Assembly (NCBI GenBank): GCA_049670805.1
Contig: JBATTW010000158.1
Coordinates: 1-54,189, forward strand
Reading direction: 5' to 3'
Source: Bacteroidota bacterium
Lineage (GTDB): Bacteria; Bacteroidota; Ignavibacteria; UBA10030; UBA6906
DNA: 54,189 nucleotides
Shown here piece after piece: positions 1-7,755 of this stretch (positions are counted from its first letter, which is position 1; the number at the start of each line of letters is the position of its first letter). Both the position numbers and the translations under genes were made by a program. The notes under the pieces were generated by a model. The model saw only the letters and a list, made by a program, of their open reading frames with translations, did no database searches and was not told where the DNA came from.

Positions 1-3
1 GTC

Positions 4-1005
4 ATGATGCAGACATCAAATGAGCTTCTGCTCCAGACCACGAATCTCGGAAAACGCTTTAAACGACGGTGGGCCGTTCGCGATCTGAACCTGACGGTTC
101 GCCGCGGTGAGGTGTTCGGGTTTCTCGGTCCAAACGGGGCAGGAAAGAGCACGACGATACGAATGCTGCTCTCTCTCGTGAAGCCGACAACGGGAGCGGT
201 GAGCCTCTTCGGCAAGTCGCTGCGTGGCAACCGGCGGGAGGTCCTTGCGCGGATCGGGGGTCTTGTGGAGCGGCCGGACTTTTATCTTTATCTGTCGGGC
301 CGTAAGAACCTGGAGATTGTTTCCGCTCTCAAAGGCGACGGTCGTAAAGAGGAAATCGATGAGGTTCTGGATATCGTAGGCCTGCTGAGACGTGCGGACG
401 ACGGGGTAAAAACCTATTCACACGGTATGAAGCAGCGTCTCGGGATAGCGCAAGCACTTCTCGGGTTTCCGGAGGTTGTCATTCTGGACGAACCGACATC
501 AGGACTCGACCCGCAAGGTATCAAAGAGGTGAGGGATCTGATACGCCGACTCAGGACCGAACGCTCAATGACGATCTTCCTTTCTTCACATCTTCTGCAC
601 GAGATCGAAAAGACAGCGACATCTATGGCGATCATCAACGCGGGGACGGTTGTTGTGCAGGGAGGTGTGCAGGAATTGCTCTCCGAGGGCGACTTCGTGC
701 TCCGCGTGGAGGCCCGGCCTGTGGAGCGAGCGTTGAGAGTTCTCTCGGTGGAACCGGGTGTTGAGCAATTGAGGAGGGAAGGTGAGGTGATTGAGTGCTC
801 TGTCCCCAGGAAGGATGTTGGCGCCTTGAATCGGCGTCTGGTGGAGGCCGGGATCGAGGTGAACGCTCTGGTGCCAAAGCGGTCGCTCGAGGACTACTTT
901 CTCTCCATCACCGAAGGACAGTCAGGCATGCCACCCGTCGGGCCCTCCCGTCATCCAGGGGGCCGCGGGATGGAAGAACCTCTGGAGGGTCAACCGGGAG
1001 GATAG
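4..1005 (+). CDS. ABC transporter ATP-binding protein (ABC-2 type exporter ATPase)
   Basis: 333-aa ORF with Walker A GPNGAGKST, signature-like YSHGMKQR and Walker B VVILDEPTSGLD. An ABC-2 permease follows 4 nt later. It carries an unusual ~30-aa Pro/Gly-rich C-terminal tail. Confidence 0.9.
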   Translation: MMQTSNELLLQTTNLGKRFKRRWAVRDLNLTVRRGEVFGFLGPNGAGKSTTIRMLLSLVKPTTGAVSLFGKSLRGNRREVLARIGGLVERPDFYLYLSGRKNLEIVSALKGDGRKEEIDEVLDIVGLLRRADDGVKTYSHGMKQRLGIAQALLGFPEVVILDEPTSGLDPQGIKEVRDLIRRLRTERSMTIFLSSHLLHEIEKTATSMAIINAGTVVVQGGVQELLSEGDFVLRVEARPVERALRVLSVEPGVEQLRREGEVIECSVPRKDVGALNRRLVEAGIEVNALVPKRSLEDYFLSITEGQSGMPPVGPSRHPGGRGMEEPLEGQPGG

Positions 1006-1009
1006 CACG

Positions 1010-1846
1010 GTGCGATCAGTTCTGGGGAACGAAATACTCAAGACATACCGGAAATGGCGATCCTTCATAGCCTTTGTGACGATTGGTGCCGTTGTGCCGC
1101 TGGTGCATGTCGCTCTCTATCTCCAGGGCGATGCCCTGCTGAATTCAGTGACCCGGGGGGTTGCCCAGGATTTCCTCCTGCTCGGGAATCTCATGAACGG
1201 CTATTTCGTAACCTCCTTCCTGATGAACAGTCTGTGGCTGCATATTCCCTTCCTGATTACGCTGGGGGCGGGAGATCAGCTTGCGGGTGAGGCCGCAAGC
1301 GGGACCTTCAGATTGCTGTTGATCAGACCCGCTTCGCGCACAAAGGTGCTGCTGGCCAAGTACGCAACGACGCTTCTCTACACGCTCACCGTTGTCGTGT
1401 TCCTGATGCTCCTTTCGATTCTGCTCGGCATCACGCTGTTCGGCACAGGGGATCTCCTCGTCGCCGGTCGGACTCTTGTCATCGTTCCGGAATCGGAGGT
1501 TCTCTGGAGACTCTGCGGAGCGTGTGTTCTGGCGGTATGGGGTATGTGGACTGTTGCTTCGCTTGCATTCCTGTTTTCTTCGCTTGTCGAGAATGCCATC
1601 GGGCCGATCATCGGGACGATGGCCGTGATTATTGTCTTCTACGTTGTGGGAAACATCCCCGTTGATCTCTTCCGACAGATCAAGCCGTACCTCTTTACCA
1701 CCTACCTCAACCTGTGGCAGAAAGTGATGTTGGAACCGATTGTATGGTCAGACGTAGGTACCTCCGTGGCTATTCTCGGCGGATTCAGCATTGGCTTTTT
1801 GGCGCTATCTTGGTATATTTTCGCGACCAGAGATATCCTCAGCTAG
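1010..1846 (+). CDS. ABC-2 family transporter permease
   Basis: 278-aa polytopic hydrophobic ORF with a GTG start, immediately downstream of the ATPase. It has the typical ABC-2 layout of about 6 TM segments. Confidence 0.75.
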   Translation: MRSVLGNEILKTYRKWRSFIAFVTIGAVVPLVHVALYLQGDALLNSVTRGVAQDFLLLGNLMNGYFVTSFLMNSLWLHIPFLITLGAGDQLAGEAASGTFRLLLIRPASRTKVLLAKYATTLLYTLTVVVFLMLLSILLGITLFGTGDLLVAGRTLVIVPESEVLWRLCGACVLAVWGMWTVASLAFLFSSLVENAIGPIIGTMAVIIVFYVVGNIPVDLFRQIKPYLFTTYLNLWQKVMLEPIVWSDVGTSVAILGGFSIGFLALSWYIFATRDILS

Positions 1847-1911
1847 CAAAGTCACTGAGTATGGCAGAGTGAATTTCGCTTACCTTGTCCGCCCACAGAA
1901 AGGATGCTCCG

Positions 1912-3096
1912 ATGGATATTGCTGCTATACAGGAAGCACTTCGTGCCCGGCGTATTGATGGGTGGTTGCTCTTTGACTTTCGCAACCGGGACTTTCTCGC
2001 ATACCGTGTTCTGGGTCTGGATTTCGAGAAGATGAACACGCGCCGGTGGTTCTACTTTATCCCCGCGCGAGGCAAGCCCAAGAAGCTTGTGTCGGTGGTG
2101 GAGAAACTCAAACTGGATGATCTTCCAGGGACCACAAACGTTTACCTCTCGTGGAAAGAAATGCACAGTATGCTCAAGCGCATGCTTGGGGCGCGAAAGA
2201 GACTTGCTATGCAGTACTCACCCAGGAACAATGTCCCGTATATTTCTCTCGCGGACGCGGGAACAATCGAGCTGGTAAAGCGCCTTGGTCACAAACCGGT
2301 CTCCTCCGCGGATCTGCTGCAGATGTTTGTCTCGGTGATTGACGAAGAGGGGTACCGGTTGCACAAGGAGGCCGCTGAAATAATCGACCGGATTCGGGCC
2401 GAGGCATTTCAGAAGATAGCGGAGGCGGTCTCTTCCGGCACGACGGAGTATGATATTCAACAGTTCATTATGCGGCGATTTGCCGAAAACGGTCTGACAA
2501 CATACGATCCTCCCATGGTAGGGACAAACGAGCACCCGGCCGACCCTCATTTCGACCTCACACCGGATATCGCGCGGCCTTTCAAGCCAGGGGATACGGT
2601 CTTGATCGACCTCTGGGCGAAGAAGGACGTCCCGGGAGGGATATACTACGACATCACCTGGGTGGGATATGTGGGGGATGAGCCTCCCCCGAAGTACGCT
2701 GAGATCTTCCGCGTTGTGAGGGACGCGCGGGACGCGGCGATCCGGTTTGTCGTGGGGAGATTTGAGAAACGTCAGCGCTGTTTTGGATGGGAGGTGGATG
2801 ATGCGTGCAGGTCCGTCGTCCGGAGGGCGGGATACGGGAAGTACTTCCTCCACAGGACGGGCCATTCGATCGGAGAAGAAACCCACGGCGATGGTGTGAA
2901 CATCGACAATCTGGAAACAAAGGACGAGCGGGAGCTCCTTCCGGGATGCTGTTTTTCGATCGAACCGGGCATTTATCTTGCCGATGAGATGGCCGTCCGC
3001 TCGGAAGTAAACATGTTCATCCGGCACGACGGAGTTCCGGAGGTAACGGGCGAGGTCCAGAACGAACTGATACGCATCCCTGTCTCATCTTCTTGA
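1912..3096 (+). CDS. M24 family metallopeptidase (Xaa-Pro aminopeptidase-like)
   Basis: Pita-bread fold motifs DLWAKKD..GGIYYDITW, HRTGHSIGEETHGDG and CFSIEPGIY. The ORF track starts at a TTG (1885); I prefer the ATG at 1912 (MDIAAIQEALR...). Confidence 0.85.
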   Translation: MDIAAIQEALRARRIDGWLLFDFRNRDFLAYRVLGLDFEKMNTRRWFYFIPARGKPKKLVSVVEKLKLDDLPGTTNVYLSWKEMHSMLKRMLGARKRLAMQYSPRNNVPYISLADAGTIELVKRLGHKPVSSADLLQMFVSVIDEEGYRLHKEAAEIIDRIRAEAFQKIAEAVSSGTTEYDIQQFIMRRFAENGLTTYDPPMVGTNEHPADPHFDLTPDIARPFKPGDTVLIDLWAKKDVPGGIYYDITWVGYVGDEPPPKYAEIFRVVRDARDAAIRFVVGRFEKRQRCFGWEVDDACRSVVRRAGYGKYFLHRTGHSIGEETHGDGVNIDNLETKDERELLPGCCFSIEPGIYLADEMAVRSEVNMFIRHDGVPEVTGEVQNELIRIPVSSS

Positions 3097-3105
3097 GGAA
3101 ATGGC

Positions 3106-4377
3106 GTGAATCTCGCACAACGGTTCAACCTCGTCAAGATCGGCTTTCATCCAACGTTCTGGGTGGCAAACGGAATGGAGCTGTTTGAGCGGCTTGCCTA
3201 CTACGGGCAGGCGACGGTGTTGAGCGTCTTCCTCCGTAACCACCTCCATTTTTCGGAGATTGAGACCGGGCAGTTATCATCGATCTTTGGCGGCCTTATC
3301 TACCTTCTCCCGATTGTCGGCGGCACGCTGGCGGACAAGTTCGGCTTTCGGAGGGCGTTCTCCATTGCGTTTTCCGTACTAACCGTCGGGTACTTGCTTA
3401 TCGGTGCTCCCGGAATGGCGATGTTCCAGGGGACGCTGGAGAACTTTCCGCTCTACTGGCTGATGGTTGTCTTCCTCGTGTTCACCGCTATCGGAGGATC
3501 CTTTATCAAACCCTCGGTGCTCGGGACGGTGGCCGTGACCTCAAAGCCCGAAACCAAGTCGCTGGGGTACGCTTTCTACTACTGGATCGTGAACATTGGC
3601 GCTGCCCTGGGGCCGCTCGTCGCGTATGTTGTGCGGGACAGCATTGGTATCGAGTACGTGTATGTTGTCTCTTCCGCCAGCTGCGCGTTGATGTTTGTGG
3701 TAAATCTCCTCTTCTACAAGGAGGTGAAGGAAGAGGGGCCGGAAGTGGTGGAATCGCTCGGCACGAAAATGAAGAATCTACTTCTGGTGCTGGGCAACCT
3801 GAAGTTCATGGCGTTTCTTCTGATTTTTTCGCTCTACTGGATCATCTTCTGGCAAATTTTTATCGTAGTTCCTTTCTACATTACCGATTACATATCCTCA
3901 GACGCACCCTTCGAGATTATTATCTCCGTTGGGGCCTGGGGAATCATTCTCTTCCAGCTTCCGATCAACCGGCTCACCAGAGGACTCTCGCCCCGCACGG
4001 CAATTCTGACCGGCTTTGGCGTGTCGTCCCTCTGCTGGCTCATCATTGCGTTGCATCCTTCCATCCCAACATTCATTGCGGGGATCCTTGTCTTCTCTCT
4101 GGGTGAGATGATGCAGGCTCCACGCTACTACGAGTACATCTCCAATCTTGCCCCAAAGGGGCAGCAGGGTCTGTTCCAGGGCTATGCCTTTCTCCCCATA
4201 GCGATTGCGTGGCTCGTCGGCGGGACGCTCGGTGGCTGGTTATACGTCACATACGCGAAGGAAGCTGGCAACCCGGTCATTGTCTTTCTGGTGATCTTCG
4301 CCATTGGTATTCTTGCAACGGTACTCATGGGAATATACAACCGCGTTGTGCCTGCCACTGAGAGGACGGGGGAATGA
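3106..4377 (+). CDS. POT/PTR2 family di-/tripeptide:proton symporter (MFS)
   Basis: ExxERFxYYG-type motif (MELFERLAYYGQ) and PTR2 motif GGTLADKFGFRRAF. Multi-TM protein with a GTG start. Confidence 0.85.
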   Translation: MNLAQRFNLVKIGFHPTFWVANGMELFERLAYYGQATVLSVFLRNHLHFSEIETGQLSSIFGGLIYLLPIVGGTLADKFGFRRAFSIAFSVLTVGYLLIGAPGMAMFQGTLENFPLYWLMVVFLVFTAIGGSFIKPSVLGTVAVTSKPETKSLGYAFYYWIVNIGAALGPLVAYVVRDSIGIEYVYVVSSASCALMFVVNLLFYKEVKEEGPEVVESLGTKMKNLLLVLGNLKFMAFLLIFSLYWIIFWQIFIVVPFYITDYISSDAPFEIIISVGAWGIILFQLPINRLTRGLSPRTAILTGFGVSSLCWLIIALHPSIPTFIAGILVFSLGEMMQAPRYYEYISNLAPKGQQGLFQGYAFLPIAIAWLVGGTLGGWLYVTYAKEAGNPVIVFLVIFAIGILATVLMGIYNRVVPATERTGE

Positions 4378-5072
4378 TCCGTGTCTGGGTAATCGTGCTG
4401 ATCCTTACCGCCGGTGTGGGTATGGCTCAGGAGCTCTCGGGAGAGAAGATTCTGGAGAACGTCGAAGGGACAATGGAGGGGGTTAAAGATTACACGGCGA
4501 CACTGGATATCGTTGCAGACATCGAGGGGATTTCCGTTCCCCCGATGAAGGTCACGATGTACTTCAAGCAGCCGGACAAGGTTCACTTTGAGTCGGAGGG
4601 CTTTGCACTGATCCCGCGGGAAGGACTGGCTATGGGCCCTGCAACGCTCAGGGCGAATTTCCAGGTGGACCATGTCGGCTGGGATACCGTGCACGGGGCC
4701 CGGGCTTACCGGTTGACACTCCTGCCCCGCAGCGAGAGAACGCGTGCTCGTTGGGTACAGGTACTGGTGGATCCCGAACACTGGACCGCTGAGCGCATCG
4801 TCACGAAGATGGTCGATGGCCGGTCTATCGCGGCCACGTTTCACTACGCGCAGGTGGAGGAGTGCTGGTTGCCATCTCACCTGGATGTGACCTTTGCATC
4901 TGCAGAACAGGACTCGAACGAACTTCCTCCATGGGAGGAACAGCCCCAGACCACATCGCGGCGTAGGGCTCCCCTGAAGGGAACGCTCCAAATCCGTTAC
5001 TCCGACTACAAGGTGAACACCGGTTTGAGTGACCAGTTGTTCGACCCCCGGGACGGGTTTCGAGAGCCGTAA
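4374..5072 (+). CDS. LolA-like outer-membrane lipoprotein-sorting family protein (putative)
   Basis: 232 aa with an N-terminal signal peptide (MIRVWVIVLILTAGVGMAQE) and a beta-rich body resembling LolA-like/DUF-type sorting proteins. ATGA start/stop overlap with the POT gene. Confidence 0.5.
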   Translation: MIRVWVIVLILTAGVGMAQELSGEKILENVEGTMEGVKDYTATLDIVADIEGISVPPMKVTMYFKQPDKVHFESEGFALIPREGLAMGPATLRANFQVDHVGWDTVHGARAYRLTLLPRSERTRARWVQVLVDPEHWTAERIVTKMVDGRSIAATFHYAQVEECWLPSHLDVTFASAEQDSNELPPWEEQPQTTSRRRAPLKGTLQIRYSDYKVNTGLSDQLFDPRDGFREP

Positions 5073-5147
5073 CGCGCCATCCACACGATTTGCCCTTTTC
5101 CCAACGCGTTTTGATGAGCAAAACAGGGAGGGACTGGGCTTGACTCT

Positions 5148-5191
5148 TTGTTAGATTTGCCTAACTTTGTATTTAGGTAAACCTAAAACCA
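5148..5191 (+). promoter_or_regulatory. Candidate promoter (TTGTTA-16-TATTTA) overlapped by two DtxR/IdeR-type operator palindromes
   Basis: 5151-5169 TTAGATTTGCCTAACTTTG matches the remembered DtxR/IdeR box TTAGGTTAGCCTAACCTAA at 14/19 positions. 5172-5187 TTTAGGTAAACCTAAA is a 16-bp near-perfect palindrome (13/19 to the box from 5173). The first overlaps the -35 and the second overlaps the -10 of the DtxR-family gene promoter. Confidence 0.6.
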
Positions 5192-5215
5192 TTCATGCGC
5201 GCGCATACCGAATAG

Positions 5216-5872
5216 ATGCATCGCACCAGAACGACAGAGGACTACCTTAAAGCGATCTGTATGCTTGAACAGCGGGGTCAGAGGGTGAGTACCTCCGCTC
5301 TTGCGACCCGGCTTCACCTGGCTGACGCCTCGATTACTGAGATGCTCAAGAAGCTCTCCCGGAGAGGCCTGGTACGCTACGAGCGGTACCGCGGAGTGGA
5401 GCTTACGGTGCCGGGACGGAAGCTTGCCATAAAGATCATGCGAAGACACAGATTGTGGGAGATGTTCCTAGTCAAGTTTCTTGGTTTCTCGTGGGATCAA
5501 ATACACGAGGAAGCAGAACGCCTGGAACACGTCACGTCCGATCTCCTCGAGCAACAGCTCGACCGTGCGCTTGGTCATCCCAACGTTGACCCGCATGGCG
5601 ATCCTATTCCGACGGTGGACGGAGTCCTGAGAGACCCGAAGCTCATCAAGCTTGCCGAGAGCCGCCCGGGGTCAATTGTTCTGGTGACGCGGGTTCGTGA
5701 CGGGGATCCCGAGATACTCCGATATATGGCCCTACTGGGAATCGGTCTCGGGAAGAAGATCAGGGTCAAGGAAGCGATCGACTTCGACGGGTCGCTCCGT
5801 GTGCAGATTGGGGCGAAGGAACAATTCATAAGCGCCAAACTTGCGGAGAGCATTTATGTTGGGTGCGTGTGA
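5216..5872 (+). CDS. DtxR/MntR family metal-dependent transcriptional repressor with C-terminal SH3/FeoA-like domain
   Basis: N-terminal wHTH (TEDYLKAICMLEQRG...ITEMLKKLSRRGLV). Metal-site helix RRHRLWEMFL...IHEEAERLEHV, with Glu where DtxR has Cys102. Also contains DPHGDPIP and a C-terminal FeoA-like domain. Confidence 0.9.
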   Translation: MHRTRTTEDYLKAICMLEQRGQRVSTSALATRLHLADASITEMLKKLSRRGLVRYERYRGVELTVPGRKLAIKIMRRHRLWEMFLVKFLGFSWDQIHEEAERLEHVTSDLLEQQLDRALGHPNVDPHGDPIPTVDGVLRDPKLIKLAESRPGSIVLVTRVRDGDPEILRYMALLGIGLGKKIRVKEAIDFDGSLRVQIGAKEQFISAKLAESIYVGCV

Positions 5873-5911
5873 GAGGCAGCACACATCAGAAGCACTGGAG
5901 GGAAAAGCCTG

Positions 5912-6940
5912 ATGGTCGCTCCGAGTATCGCGCTGGTCGTTGGCACAGTGCTCATTGCAGTGCTCCTGGCGCTTTTCTTGCCAAAGCGAGGATTGGTGGC
6001 GCGGTGGCAGCAATTCCAGAGAAATACATCACGTGTCCTGGCGGAGGATGCGTTGAAGCACGTCTACGATTGCGAGTACAAGAACGTCCACAGCTCTCTG
6101 CAGAGCATCGCTGGTGCATTGGCGATTTCCCCTGATAAGGCTATCAGGCTTGTGTCCCGGCTTGAGGGGATGGGTCTGGTGAGCTCGCGCGCAAACGCAC
6201 TGACGCTAACGGCCGATGGCCGTTCCTACGCTCTGCGCATTATCCGTGTTCACCGGCTTCTGGAGCACTACCTGGCCGACGAGACCGGCCTCCATGAAAC
6301 GGAATGGCATAAGGAGGCGGAACGTCAGGAACACAGGCTGGCGCCGGGCGAGGTGGACGCGCTCGCGGCCAGGATGGGGAACCCGGGCTTCGATCCGCAC
6401 GGGGACCCTATTCCGACGGCAAACGGTGACCTCCCGACACCAATCGGAATTCCCCTGACCGACCTGGAAGGCGGTGGGATTGGCACCATCGTCCACATTG
6501 AAGACGAACCCCCGACCGTGTATGCTCAACTTGTTGCCCAGGGTCTCTACCCCGGCATGCAAATCCGTATGGTGGAGTCCATCAGGGATCGCATTCGCTT
6601 TGCCGCGAATGAAGAGGAGCGTATTCTCGCGCCGCTCCTTGCTCGAAACATAACCATTCGCCGGATCCCGGTTGAAGAGAAGCTGGAAGGACCTCACAAG
6701 ACCCTGGCATCGGTCAAGGCCGGAGAGGCGGCTGTCGTCGTGGGGATCTCGAAGGCGTGCAGAGGGCAACAGCGGAGACGACTGATGGATCTCGGGATTA
6801 TTCCTGGTACCAAGATCGCGGCCGAGATGCAGAGTGTTGGTGGTGACCCGACCGCCTATCGGGTGCGGGGTGCTCTTGTCGCTCTCCGGAAACTTCAGGC
6901 GAAACACATCTTTGTAGAACCAGAGGGCGAAGAAGCATGA
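5912..6940 (+). CDS. Membrane-anchored DtxR-like wHTH/metal-binding domain fused to two FeoA (SH3-like) domains
   Basis: An N-terminal TM helix (SIALVVGTVLIAVLLALFL) is followed by a DtxR-like wHTH and the RVHRLLEHYL...WHKEAERQEH...DPHGDPIP module. Two FeoA-like segments follow; the last is ...RRRLMDLGIIPGTKIAAE...YRVRGALVALR. ATGA overlap with feoB. Confidence 0.8.
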   Translation: MVAPSIALVVGTVLIAVLLALFLPKRGLVARWQQFQRNTSRVLAEDALKHVYDCEYKNVHSSLQSIAGALAISPDKAIRLVSRLEGMGLVSSRANALTLTADGRSYALRIIRVHRLLEHYLADETGLHETEWHKEAERQEHRLAPGEVDALAARMGNPGFDPHGDPIPTANGDLPTPIGIPLTDLEGGGIGTIVHIEDEPPTVYAQLVAQGLYPGMQIRMVESIRDRIRFAANEEERILAPLLARNITIRRIPVEEKLEGPHKTLASVKAGEAAVVVGISKACRGQQRRRLMDLGIIPGTKIAAEMQSVGGDPTAYRVRGALVALRKLQAKHIFVEPEGEEA

Positions 6941-7743
6941 AGGAGACCTCAGAACAGAACTCCTGTAAGGACTGTCCGGCGCACAACGTCCAAAACCTGA
7001 TCAAACTGGGCATCACGATGGATCAGTATGACTACGTGGTCGCTCTTGCAGGGAATCCCAATACCGGTAAAAGCACGGTGTTTAATGCGCTTACAGGTCT
7101 GCGTCAACACACGGGGAACTGGCCGGGGAAAACGGTGATGCGGGCGGAGGGAGGTTTTGCCTTCGGGGGCAAACGGTTCAAGATTGTCGACCTGCCAGGG
7201 ACGTATTCCCTTCTTTCGATGACTACCGATGAAGAGATCGCCCGGGACTTTCTCCTGTTCGGACAACCGGACGTTACCGTGATCGTGGTGGACGCCACCC
7301 GGCTTGAGCGCAACCTGAACCTTGTCCTGCAGGTACTGGAAATCACCGATCGGGCCGTTCTCTGTCTCAATCTCATAGACGAAGCAAAAAGGCACGGGCT
7401 CATCATTGATGAGAGGAGGCTAGGCCGTGATCTTGGGATCCCGGTGGTTCCGACAACGGCCCGCGACGGTCTGGGTATCCAGGAACTCCTCAAAGCGATC
7501 GCGGACGTGAGCTCCGGTGCGGTGAAGAGTAAACCGTATCGTATCAAAGACAGTCCGAAGCCGCTTACCCGAGCGGTGGAGAGGCTTACGAAAAGAGTCC
7601 GGGCGGAATACCCGGGGCTCCCGAACGCGCGCTGGGTTGCAATGCGTCTACTCGAAGGGGATAAGCGAGTCGTTGATGCTCTGCGGAGCGGAGAGTTGGG
7701 CAGCATTGCGCCGACAAACGAGGGTCTGGAAGCGACGGCATAG
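6937..7743 (+). CDS. feoB: Ferrous iron transporter FeoB, N-terminal GTPase + helical domain (separate polypeptide)
   Basis: G1 GNPNTGKST, G3 DLPGTYSL and G4 NLID. Ends at TAG 7741-7743, in the same reading frame as the downstream membrane part. Confidence 0.9.
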   Translation: MKETSEQNSCKDCPAHNVQNLIKLGITMDQYDYVVALAGNPNTGKSTVFNALTGLRQHTGNWPGKTVMRAEGGFAFGGKRFKIVDLPGTYSLLSMTTDEEIARDFLLFGQPDVTVIVVDATRLERNLNLVLQVLEITDRAVLCLNLIDEAKRHGLIIDERRLGRDLGIPVVPTTARDGLGIQELLKAIADVSSGAVKSKPYRIKDSPKPLTRAVERLTKRVRAEYPGLPNARWVAMRLLEGDKRVVDALRSGELGSIAPTNEGLEATA

Positions 7744-7755
7744 GAGGAGACACCG

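Noticed and set aside
907-1005. Pro/Gly-rich ~30-aa tail on the first ABC ATPase as a possible frameshift or fusion
   Set aside because: The frame is continuous from the conserved C-terminal region (...LEDYFLSITEG), and the permease GTG follows 4 nt after the stop. There is no evidence of a disrupted gene, so this is most likely a harmless low-complexity extension.
5140-5169. Bacteroidetes-type promoter (TTTG at 5147-5150 and TAACTTTG at 5162-5169) upstream of the DtxR-family gene
   Set aside because: The two elements are only 11 nt apart, far short of the ~19-nt spacing of the -33/-7 consensus. The TAACTTTG is better explained as part of the DtxR operator.
7741-7743. TAG in feoB as pyrrolysine or programmed read-through
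   Set aside because: The window contains no pyl genes or PYLIS-like context. The stop is embedded in a strong Shine-Dalgarno sequence with an ATG 8 nt downstream, which favours termination-reinitiation or a true split. I report it as a finding rather than as recoding.
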